Shown piece after piece: positions 24,144 through 32,681 of a stretch of DNA of 32,681 nucleotides. Location: positions 1 through 32,681 of the IMG/VR virus record IMGVR_UViG_3300048599_000907; one strand, 5' to 3'. Both the position numbers and the translations under genes were made by a program. Every line of letters starts with the position of its first letter. Positions within the stretch are counted from its first letter, which is position 1. Under the pieces are notes generated by a model. That model ran no database searches. It was not told where the DNA came from and worked only from the letters and a program-made list of their open reading frames with translations. This DNA is from a virus. Taxonomy: Duplodnaviria; Caudoviricetes.

Positions 24144-24548
24144 ATGGCAATCAAGACCATCTCGAAGGAAAAGACCTACATTCCGAAGTTCGACGGCAAC
24201 CGCGACGAAGCCCCCGAGAATCAGTGCGTCGTTCGCTACAAGGCCGCGACTATCGATCTGAAAAGCCAGATCGTATCGACGCCCGTTGCGATCGGTGAAT
24301 TTGACTCAGCCGGGAAGAGTACCGGCATGAAGGTCGAAATCAAGCAGAACGACGAGATCATGATCCGGAAGATGATCTCCAGCATCTCGCACCTGGGATA
24401 CCAGGAAGAGGGCTCGGACGACATCACCTATATCAAGGGCGGCGCGGATCTCCTGAAGGCTCCGATCGAGTACGAGCCCCTTATCAAGGAACTTCTCGAA
24501 GTTCTCAACAAGGAACTGAAGTCCGACGGAGTCGACCAAAAAAACTGA
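24144..24548 (+). CDS. Tail assembly chaperone (gpG-like)
   Basis: Position; ends in slippery A AAA AAC. Confidence 0.75.
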   Translation: MAIKTISKEKTYIPKFDGNRDEAPENQCVVRYKAATIDLKSQIVSTPVAIGEFDSAGKSTGMKVEIKQNDEIMIRKMISSISHLGYQEEGSDDITYIKGGADLLKAPIEYEPLIKELLEVLNKELKSDGVDQKN

Positions 24549-24877
24549 GGATTGCTTACCGTGTCCTCAAGGCCGGTAAGCAAAATGTGCGGATCAGGGA
24601 ATCCCGCCGCGATCGTCTGCTCTGGAACACGGGCGTACTCGATGAGGCCGGTCAAGCTGTCTTCATCAAGGCGATCGACGCGGGGACATACCTGACGGAG
24701 GAGTTTTACCAGGCCCTCCACGTTTATTACACCACGGAAAGCCTTGGCGTCCTGCCGTTCGCGGGCGGCTGGGCGGAGCAGCCTGAATGGGTCGTTACGG
24801 TTCTGACGACGATTAAGGCCGAACAGGCACGCATCGAGCGCGAAGAGTTGGAAGAACGAAAGAAGAACGCGAAATAG
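24545..24877 (+). CDS. Tail assembly chaperone frameshift extension (gpT-like)
   Basis: The -1 frame at A AAA AAC (24539-24545) is open into LRIAYRVLKAG...GVLPFAGGWAEQP. Confidence 0.75.
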   Translation: MRIAYRVLKAGKQNVRIRESRRDRLLWNTGVLDEAGQAVFIKAIDAGTYLTEEFYQALHVYYTTESLGVLPFAGGWAEQPEWVVTVLTTIKAEQARIEREELEERKKNAK

Positions 24878-24892
24878 GGAGGTACCGGATAA

Positions 24893-27800
24893 ATGGGCAA
24901 CCAGAAAACAACGCTGGAACTGCGAATAGAACTCGCGGCGAAAGAAGCCCAGGCGTCCGTGACCTCCCTCAATTCGGAAACCGTCCGGCTTGCGCAAACC
25001 TTCAAGGACATGAATCTCGGGACTGCGGCAAGCCAGACCGCGATGAAGAAACTGGAGACGTTCACCGCGTCGGCCGCGAAGCAGATGCAGGTGTTCGGCG
25101 CTTCATCGTCGGATGTACGAAAGACGCAATCAGCGCTCCAGACTACCGTAAAGAAACTGATCGATGACGGCATCGATCCTGAATCCGAATCCATAAAAAA
25201 ACTCGCCGCCGAGTACAAAAAACTTGGCGAGCAATCGAAAGAGCTTGATACCGTCAACGACTCGAATCTCGAGGGTTTCAATAAACTCAAGGATGGTATC
25301 GCCGCGTCCGCCGAGGCGGTGGCGCTGTTCAAGGTACTCGACAAAGCGCGCGAGTTCGGCTCGTTCGCGCTCGAATCCGCCGACACCTTCCAGAAAGCCC
25401 GAAACGAGTTCGGCACTCTCCTCGGCGACATGTCGGCCGGGGCCGGTCTCTTTGACCGGATCAAGGCATTCAACGACATTACCCCGTTCAATCTCGAAAC
25501 GACCAAGCAGGGCGTTAATGTCCTCTTGTCCGCCGAAGTCCCGCTCTCGGATCTCAATGCGAAACTGACCATGTTCGGCGATCTTTCCCAGGGCAACGCC
25601 CAGAAGTTCACGAGCTTCATAAACGCATTCTCAAAAGGCGCGGCCAAGGGCGCCGTTGACATGGAAGTGCTCAACGTCTACCTCGATCAGGGGCTTCCGA
25701 TCCTCGCCGAACTTGCGAAAGGTTACGATACCACGAAAGCGGGCGTAATCAAGATGGCGAGCGAAGGGAAAATATCGTTCGAGGATTTCTCCGCAGCGCT
25801 TGCCCGTCTTACCTCCGAGGGTGGTCGCTATTATGGCGGCATGGCTCTCGGTGCGAAAGATCTTTCCGCGATGCAGGAAGGTCTTAACGAATCCGTCACC
25901 GGACTCGCGGCGAGCTACGGCACGATGTTTCTTCCAGCGGCGAAGACTGTACTCGGAGCACTAACCGGTATTACAACCGCTATTAATGACAGTCCGATTC
26001 TAAAAGGACTCCTTGCCGCTGCCATTACAGGTGTTGTCGCGGTTTTAGTGATCGCCACGGTTAAAAGTATTGCTCATGCAGTCGCCAAATGGTCGGAATT
26101 TTCTGCAATCATGGCAGTCAATAGTGCGCTGTCAGTTACGCAAATCGCTCTTGGCGTTGCAATCGCTGCGACAATGATCGCCGTAACGGCATCTACAGCG
26201 TACGCGACCTCTCAGCAAAAAGCGGCCAGTGCGACAGCAGCAACATCTCTTCGCTTGAAAGAACAGGCGCAATACGCCGAAGAAACAGCCGCGGCGATAG
26301 AAAAATGCAGGGATGCCTATAATGGCATGAGCGATGCCCAGTTGAAAAACGCCCTGGCTGCGGCCAAATCAAGCTATGCGCAATCTATGGCAGATTCCAG
26401 TCGGTATCGAGCTGTAGGGAATATGTCAATGGCGACTGAATTACTGCAGCAGGCAAATGCCGCGAAATCTGACATCGATTCCATAATGCAAATATTCTCG
26501 AATCGTAAAGATGCCTTTATCGACGATCTTTATAAAGACACCGTTGACGGAAAACTTAAGTCACTTCAGGATCAGCTTTCAAAAGCGAAAGGCTATCTCG
26601 CCGATCCCTCGACGACGCAGGAACAGAAAGACAAAATTTCCGCGATCATCGTGAAGCTTCAGCAGGAAATAGCCGACGCGAACAAGAAGGCGAACGTCAC
26701 CATATCGCTCGGCACCGACTGGCAGGACAAGAACCTCACCGGCATCGATGCCATCAATCGCGAGCAGGAAAAATCCCTCGACTCATTGAATGAAAAAGCG
26801 AAAACCATCTACAAGGGAAACTACGCAACCCAGTCAGACTATATCGCCGAGCTCGCGGCGCTGAATGACTACTACGACGCCAAGCGCGCCGAGGCCCTCA
26901 AAAAACAATATGCGGAGATCGCGACGACGTGGCGCGATAAGTCACTTTCAGCCGGCGAACAGCTTACCGCGCAACTGGGAACGGAACTCGCAAAGCTCGC
27001 AGACCAGTACAACAAATCAGCTCAAACGCCCGATGACGAATCCGCTTATAAAGCAGAACGCGCCGCCCTCCTGTCGTGGGAAGCGGATGAACGTAAAAAG
27101 ATCGAGATAAACGCCGTACTTGCCGCCCATGAATTACGCATTAAAGCAATCAAGGACGAATGGGAGTACCAGAAAGAACTCGCACGCCAGAAAATAGAAT
27201 CCGGTCAAGGTTCGGCCTCCGATTATGGCACCTATGCTTCCGGCAAAACGATGAGCGAGATTTCGAATACCGATGTCGGCTCTCTCATCACTGCAATTAA
27301 GTCTGGAACTTCACCAATTCTGACGATCATCGATATTGTCATCTCTGCTGTCGCCAGCCTTGAATCGTTCCAGAATGCCCTCAATTTCATCACGTACTTC
27401 GTTAAAAAAATCTTCGAGCCGATAGACTCATTAATCGACGATTCCATTCAACCGTTATTTACTCTTCTTGATGAGATAGCGGGAAGCCTTAGTGATATTT
27501 TGCCGCTCTTTATCGGTATCGCACAAATTACGAACAGCTTGATTTACGTCGCCCTTCAGCCGCTTGTCTTTGTTCTAAAGGCTGTTTCTGATGTATTCAA
27601 ATGGCTGTACAACAGCGTTATCATGCCGATCGGCAACAAGTTCATCGATATCGTCAATGGTGTTATCGACGCGCTGAACCATATCCCGTTCGTCAACATC
27701 TCGAAGCTCGACAAGCTCAAGGTTATCGGTGAAGCGTCACAGGACCTCGCCGACTCGATATCCGCTGCGAAAGATAAAATTAATGACGCGTATGACGACA

Positions 27801-28531
27801 AGATCGATGCGATCAATGACCTGCTCGACTCGCAGATTGATTCTCTGAAAAAACAGTACGAATTGGGTTTGATAACCGTAGACAGTTATAACTCGCAGGT
27901 GTCTTCTCTGAACGATGCCGCCGATACCAAGATCGATGCTCTCGAAACCGAGAGAAACAAATACCTTGCCGCCATTGAAGCGCAAACCGATGTTGCGGGT
28001 GTCGAGACATTACTTGGTCATATTCTTGATTACCTGAAAGGTTCTTCGACAAATACAGCTGATGAAATAATCAGTTCATCGTCCAGTTCCGGATCGACGA
28101 CAACAACTACAGAACCGAAAAATGCTGCAGAATTGGCACAAAAAGTACTTGATTCTATTACAAACAATCCTGTGAATGACTTCTTTACCGGCGTTGGTAA
28201 CTGGATTTCTTCCTGGTGGCCATTTGCTGATGGATCAACGAATATCCTTTCCGAAATGCCTTCGATCGTTCATCCCGGCGAGATCATTGTCCCGAAGTCT
28301 TTCGCCGATGGTGTCCGGTCAGGAGACCTTACCATATCGGGCGGGGTGCGATCCGGTGATCTTTCCGTCGGATCCTCCGGCTCGTCCCGGTCGTCGTATA
28401 CCCAGCTTACGGTGAACCTTACCGTACATGGATCGGTCACAACCGAAAAAGACCTGGTCAAGGCCGTTCATAACGGGATATCGGAAGGCATTCTGTCGGG
28501 TGATCTCGACGTATTCCCGGAGGCGGGCTGA
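24893..28531 (+). CDS. Tail tape measure protein
   Basis: 1212 aa, Ala-rich helical, TPF tape-measure motif, hydrophobic segments, C-terminal FADG...VHPGEI.VP. Confidence 0.92.
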   Translation: MGNQKTTLELRIELAAKEAQASVTSLNSETVRLAQTFKDMNLGTAASQTAMKKLETFTASAAKQMQVFGASSSDVRKTQSALQTTVKKLIDDGIDPESESIKKLAAEYKKLGEQSKELDTVNDSNLEGFNKLKDGIAASAEAVALFKVLDKAREFGSFALESADTFQKARNEFGTLLGDMSAGAGLFDRIKAFNDITPFNLETTKQGVNVLLSAEVPLSDLNAKLTMFGDLSQGNAQKFTSFINAFSKGAAKGAVDMEVLNVYLDQGLPILAELAKGYDTTKAGVIKMASEGKISFEDFSAALARLTSEGGRYYGGMALGAKDLSAMQEGLNESVTGLAASYGTMFLPAAKTVLGALTGITTAINDSPILKGLLAAAITGVVAVLVIATVKSIAHAVAKWSEFSAIMAVNSALSVTQIALGVAIAATMIAVTASTAYATSQQKAASATAATSLRLKEQAQYAEETAAAIEKCRDAYNGMSDAQLKNALAAAKSSYAQSMADSSRYRAVGNMSMATELLQQANAAKSDIDSIMQIFSNRKDAFIDDLYKDTVDGKLKSLQDQLSKAKGYLADPSTTQEQKDKISAIIVKLQQEIADANKKANVTISLGTDWQDKNLTGIDAINREQEKSLDSLNEKAKTIYKGNYATQSDYIAELAALNDYYDAKRAEALKKQYAEIATTWRDKSLSAGEQLTAQLGTELAKLADQYNKSAQTPDDESAYKAERAALLSWEADERKKIEINAVLAAHELRIKAIKDEWEYQKELARQKIESGQGSASDYGTYASGKTMSEISNTDVGSLITAIKSGTSPILTIIDIVISAVASLESFQNALNFITYFVKKIFEPIDSLIDDSIQPLFTLLDEIAGSLSDILPLFIGIAQITNSLIYVALQPLVFVLKAVSDVFKWLYNSVIMPIGNKFIDIVNGVIDALNHIPFVNISKLDKLKVIGEASQDLADSISAAKDKINDAYDDKIDAINDLLDSQIDSLKKQYELGLITVDSYNSQVSSLNDAADTKIDALETERNKYLAAIEAQTDVAGVETLLGHILDYLKGSSTNTADEIISSSSSSGSTTTTTEPKNAAELAQKVLDSITNNPVNDFFTGVGNWISSWWPFADGSTNILSEMPSIVHPGEIIVPKSFADGVRSGDLTISGGVRSGDLSVGSSGSSRSSYTQLTVNLTVHGSVTTEKDLVKAVHNGISEGILSGDLDVFPEAG

Positions 28532-31500
28532 TGAACGCGATAATTACGGTTTCCGATGGAGTAACGTCGCTCGATATTTCTCCGAAGTCATGCATACTCA
28601 CGGAAGCGGTCTGTAACAAGAATCTGCAGCATGTGGAAAACTCATGTACGGTATCGTTCGAGTACGATGCTGATCTCTTTGGCATGTTCGTCGCGAACGA
28701 GCAGCTTTCTGCTGTCGTAAAAGACTCGAACGGAAACACGAAATTTACGGGGCTCATTACTTCCGACCTTTCCTGGAAAGATCAGGGGAAACCGTATCCG
28801 ATCGAATCGCTGGATGTGACGGTTAAGGACTATACAGGCAAGCTTGACAGGAAAATAAAAGCTGACATTGGATTGATAAATACGACTGTCAGCGCAGTTA
28901 TTACAAAATGCACCAGCGACTGCGGTCTCTCCATTGGAAGCGCACTCCCGACTACCGCCGTACCCGCTTTCGTTGTAAAAAAGGGTCGCACGTATCTTTC
29001 TGTTTTGAACGTATTTCTGTTTCAGCATGGGTATTCGTTCTATTTCGACGCCGTCGGGAATTTTTGCCTGTTCCAGTTCTCGAATATTCCGTCATCGCTC
29101 GAAACGATTGACGATCAAAGCCTTAATGCTGGAGTGGAAAGTAAAAAGACAGCGCGCGAATATACCGGGATTGAATCAACCTACAATCCGCTCCGGACAA
29201 CAAAGAATACGCAAGTGTTCCTTGATACGCCGACCTATAGCGACAAAAATATCGCCGAGGCCATCACGATCTCTGCAGGGGCCTATTACCCGGCTGAATC
29301 GACCCCTGTTGTCGAAGCAGACGAAGGGCAGGTGTATCAAAGTTTCGATTCCGGAACTTCAGAAAGTAAAATTAAATACAATGGTGAAATCGAATATAAG
29401 AGTTCGGAAACTACCGAGCTTTTATATACGACGAATCAGTATGTCGTTGAAAACTGGACTGGCTCTCTGGTTATTGATCGCACGGGATTCGAGTTCTTGC
29501 GGGCTTCTGTTCGTTTCCATAACACTGGTTCGGGGTTTGCTTATCTGAAAACGTTTCAGATTCGGGCCGATGCAATCTACCGCGAGGCTGATGTCACGAT
29601 AACCATCGGATCGGATGAATCCCCGTATTCTCTTGACTGTGAGTTCATCTACGATGCGACGCAGGCAACATTCATCGCGTTAGTCCTCTCGCGGTATCTC
29701 CTGCTCGGAAACTTCTCTTCGACAATCAGCCTCGATTCAATCATTGACATTGGCGTGTATCGGCATCTTGATTTCGGTCTATCCGGATTGAGCTTTGATG
29801 CCTTGCTCTACTCCCGAACTTTCGATTTCGACACGGAAGTGTATTCCTATGCCGTGATGTCCATCAGTGCGGCCGCCGTCGACGTAACGCGCTTCAAAAC
29901 GCAGAACAGCAACACGATGCCCCAACAGGCCGCCACAAGCGCTGAAATTGGCGAGATCTCAACGACCGTAGCCCGCGAGGAAACCGTCGCACTGTCGCTT
30001 TCTGCTCCGTACGCCACGCGTAACCGCGCCGGGGTCGTAACGCCAGAGACCATTAAGGCGAGTGCCTCCTATTCAACCCTGAATCTTTTCTCGGGTATCT
30101 TCGTCATATCCGTATCGGCTGACGGGACCACGTACATCGACAAATACACCTCGTCGGATAAGGAAACGAGCAAGACCTATACGCTCCCCGCGACGGTATC
30201 GATTTCAGGCGTAAATTACTATGTCGCATTCGTGCGCTTCCGCCTCTATTCCGACGATAGTTTCACGATTCTGAAGAAAGAACAAATTATTTCGATTTCT
30301 GCTGACGCCTCCGTTGCTCCTTTGTATCTCGGGGCGTTCACTACCGCCCCGACATCTGGATTCCTCGTCAACGATTACTATTTTGATAAACGTACCTCAG
30401 CTGACGGTGGCGGTATTCTCCGTTACTGGACCGGTTCTACATGGAGCGAACTTTTAGCGACGAACATCCTGTGGGCGGAGGCAGTAGGAAAGGCAATTTC
30501 CGACATGGTAGCATGGAATACCACGAACTTAGGTACAATAGGATCCGTAACGGCTTTTTTAACGGCTATCATCGGGAGCGTCATAGCTAAAGATGGCGTA
30601 ATCGCTAATCTCGCAACCTCGACACAATTTTCGTCAGCTCTCTGCGATGACGGCGCCACTCGCCGCATGGAAATCGCCTGGGATTCTGCGGTTGAACGTC
30701 TTCGAAGTTATGATCGTTCCAGATATACAGAAATCAACGATGCGTCAATAAACTTATATAATGATATTTTGCATTTGAGAAAACTAATTAGTATAGGAAA
30801 TGGATCTATAACGTGGAAAGATTCCCCGATTGGATTAACGGAGACATATATAGCAAGTCTTTCAAGACTTGCATCATCTGGGAATCTTTTGTTTGACGGA
30901 AACGTTATGGCCAAAATATCGTGCCCATGGGGGAGTGGTATCCCAATATCATCAGATATTGGTGCAGGAACCACCTATGTACAAGGTATTAATGGAGAAT
31001 TACGAATTGCATATAGGAATTCATCAAAAATACTAATAGAAAGAATATGGAATAGTTCTACATCGACTTGGGGTCCCGCTTTACCAATAGCTACAATGAA
31101 TACAAACAATGTTAAACCATCCTATATTCAGCGTGCCAATGGAGATTTACGAATTGCATATACAAATGCATCTGATAATCTTGTCGAACGAACATGGAAT
31201 AAGAGTTCTTCTACATGGGGTGATGAATCACCAATAGAATCTGCAGGATATGAACCTAACTATATTGAGTTAGCTAATGGTGATTTACGAATTTCTTATA
31301 ACGACAAAAATGCAGTATTATATGAGCGAACATGGAATAGCTCAACACAAACTTGGGGCATGCCACTAATAATAAGTACATGGGGTAGTAACGCTGCATA
31401 TATTCAGCTTGCTAATGGAGATTTACGAATTGCATATACAAATACATCTGATAATCTTGTCGAACGAACATGGAATAAGAGTTCGTCGACATGGGGTGAT

Positions 31501-32115
31501 GAATCACCAATAGAATCAGGTGGAAATTTCCCGACATACGTGCAGCTTTCAAGCAAGGAATTGCACATTATTTATAATACTTCATCGCTTTCGTTGGTCG
31601 AAAAAATTTGGAATGCTTCGACATCAACATGGGGATCTACATCTCCGATAAGCACAAGTCAATTTACCCGACCATTCGCCATACAAACAGCAGATGGCGA
31701 ATTGCGTGTTGGTTATTCCAATAATCTTGGAATAATATCGGAGATGCGCAAAACTCAATATGCCAAAATCGGTGCGGGAATCATCGAGTCAGGATCGAAT
31801 ACTACCGGGCATTGGCTTGTTTTTTCAAATGGACTAGTAATTGAATTTGGAACGATTTTAGTTCCATATACTCAACAGCTAGACGGTTATTATGGCAGTA
31901 CATCCGGTTATACAGCTTATGGGGTTACATCAGTTACATTGCCTTATAAAGTATCAAGTATACTTATTGGACTTGGTAGTCCCGGAAGACAAGGAGGTGC
32001 GATGACTGCACGAGCAGAACCAACCACTTCAGATTCACTTACCGTTACATGGTCTGATGGTTCTATTTATACAGGGGCACACGAAGTTTGTTGGCTTGCA
32101 ATAGGAGTCAAATAA
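28531..32115 (+). CDS. Tail tip/fibre protein with 6-bladed beta-propeller and gp53-like C-terminal domain
   Basis: Follows tape measure; ~46-aa repeats YIQ.ANGDLRIAY......L.ER.WN....TWG...PI; C-terminal NGL.IE.G ... WLAIG. Confidence 0.8.
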   Translation: MNAIITVSDGVTSLDISPKSCILTEAVCNKNLQHVENSCTVSFEYDADLFGMFVANEQLSAVVKDSNGNTKFTGLITSDLSWKDQGKPYPIESLDVTVKDYTGKLDRKIKADIGLINTTVSAVITKCTSDCGLSIGSALPTTAVPAFVVKKGRTYLSVLNVFLFQHGYSFYFDAVGNFCLFQFSNIPSSLETIDDQSLNAGVESKKTAREYTGIESTYNPLRTTKNTQVFLDTPTYSDKNIAEAITISAGAYYPAESTPVVEADEGQVYQSFDSGTSESKIKYNGEIEYKSSETTELLYTTNQYVVENWTGSLVIDRTGFEFLRASVRFHNTGSGFAYLKTFQIRADAIYREADVTITIGSDESPYSLDCEFIYDATQATFIALVLSRYLLLGNFSSTISLDSIIDIGVYRHLDFGLSGLSFDALLYSRTFDFDTEVYSYAVMSISAAAVDVTRFKTQNSNTMPQQAATSAEIGEISTTVAREETVALSLSAPYATRNRAGVVTPETIKASASYSTLNLFSGIFVISVSADGTTYIDKYTSSDKETSKTYTLPATVSISGVNYYVAFVRFRLYSDDSFTILKKEQIISISADASVAPLYLGAFTTAPTSGFLVNDYYFDKRTSADGGGILRYWTGSTWSELLATNILWAEAVGKAISDMVAWNTTNLGTIGSVTAFLTAIIGSVIAKDGVIANLATSTQFSSALCDDGATRRMEIAWDSAVERLRSYDRSRYTEINDASINLYNDILHLRKLISIGNGSITWKDSPIGLTETYIASLSRLASSGNLLFDGNVMAKISCPWGSGIPISSDIGAGTTYVQGINGELRIAYRNSSKILIERIWNSSTSTWGPALPIATMNTNNVKPSYIQRANGDLRIAYTNASDNLVERTWNKSSSTWGDESPIESAGYEPNYIELANGDLRISYNDKNAVLYERTWNSSTQTWGMPLIISTWGSNAAYIQLANGDLRIAYTNTSDNLVERTWNKSSSTWGDESPIESGGNFPTYVQLSSKELHIIYNTSSLSLVEKIWNASTSTWGSTSPISTSQFTRPFAIQTADGELRVGYSNNLGIISEMRKTQYAKIGAGIIESGSNTTGHWLVFSNGLVIEFGTILVPYTQQLDGYYGSTSGYTAYGVTSVTLPYKVSSILIGLGSPGRQGGAMTARAEPTTSDSLTVTWSDGSIYTGAHEVCWLAIGVK
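31138..31517 (+). repeat. 104-bp near-identical intragenic direct repeat
   Basis: 31138-31241 vs 31414-31517, 3 mismatches, 276-bp offset. Confidence 0.9.
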
Positions 32116-32681
32116 TGCTGTATATAAAATATGAGCCGGTAAAATCAGATAAATCAGACGCGATATTCATTCGGAATGAATGTAGTATTATTATCAATAA
32201 TTGTGGGCTTGCATTTCCGAATACCTACAGAGAATTCCGTAACGTCTCTGAAAAAACTAATGGACTAGTAAATAAAGCATACTACGAAAACGACGATTTG
32301 TTTTTATCAATTCCCCGGCACTACCAGAATGAAGATTCAATGGAATGGGACGTAGGAACTTATAGCGAAATAAAAGAAATCGACTTTAATAACGATGTTA
32401 TACCAGAAACCTTGATAGAAATAACTGGTACAACTGCCGACGAGATATCGAACGAAAAGAACGAACATTTGCGTATGACTATCCGGCTTGAGCAATACGC
32501 ACGATGCCAAGCCATTCAATGGCGTATCGATCGTTACAGGGATCAGATTGACAACGGGGAACCCACCACAAACTCAGAATCTGAGTATAAAGCACTTCTG
32601 GAATATAAAAAGGAAATTCGATTGATTGACAAACAATCTGGTTTTCCGGAGACAGTGAATTGGCCAGAAACACCTGTTTAA
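32115..32681 (+). CDS. Tail fibre assembly chaperone
   Basis: C-terminal Y...IR.I..Q.GFP..V.WP..P motif; TAATG coupling. Confidence 0.8.
   Translation: MLYIKYEPVKSDKSDAIFIRNECSIIINNCGLAFPNTYREFRNVSEKTNGLVNKAYYENDDLFLSIPRHYQNEDSMEWDVGTYSEIKEIDFNNDVIPETLIEITGTTADEISNEKNEHLRMTIRLEQYARCQAIQWRIDRYRDQIDNGEPTTNSESEYKALLEYKKEIRLIDKQSGFPETVNWPETPV

Larger units (their letters stand above)
153..32681. mobile_element. Mu-like transposable prophage (siphovirus-type tail), right end beyond window
   Basis: DDE transposase plus AAA MuB, GemA, DUF3164, Mu gp25/26/27-like genes, portal, MuF, gpI/gpG-like genes; tail tube without sheath. Left boundary inferred from TGT at 153 at a GC-rich to AT-rich transition. 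Confidence 0.93.

Noticed and set aside
28309-28372. GVRSGDL peptide duplication in the tape measure C-terminus
   Set aside because: Short, diverged local duplication with no evidence of function.
31138-31517. Diversity-generating retroelement TR/VR pair
   Set aside because: Both copies are in-frame blades of one gene, two of the three mismatches are T/G rather than adenine-specific, and there is no reverse transcriptase in the window.

Overview
The window is most of a Mu-like (transposable) prophage with a non-contractile tail. The host is probably a spirochaete such as Treponema; this is inferred from a DUF261-like gene and a Treponema-style attC site. A probable left end lies near nt 153, and the right end lies beyond the window. 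The layout is two divergent arms around a central LexA/CI-type repressor (16744-17427). The leftward (- strand) arm carries a Ner-like regulator, MuA transposase, MuB ATPase, DUF3102, DUF3164, GemA, two HTH genes, small accessory genes, a lysis module, terminase, portal and a MuF head protein with a nuclease-like C-terminus. The rightward (+ strand) arm carries two morons, protease/scaffold, decoration, capsid, connector, tail tube, frameshifted tail chaperones, tape measure, a beta-propeller tail fibre and a fibre chaperone. Five signals stand out. (1) Integron-type gene cassettes with a canonical attC site and matching cassette boundaries sit inside the phage operon, with no integrase in the window. 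(2) The MuF-toxin reading frame has no evident start of its own and opens exactly at an A9 run at the end of the portal gene, implying a recoded portal-MuF-nuclease fusion. (3) Two tandem repeat-bounded modules carry sense/antisense overlapping gene pairs in the early leader. (4) An antisense sRNA plus an RBS-sequestering stem lies upstream of the HTH pair. (5) Two identically spaced, leaderless late-promoter motifs occur, one per arm. All family calls come from motif recognition and gene order; no searches were run.
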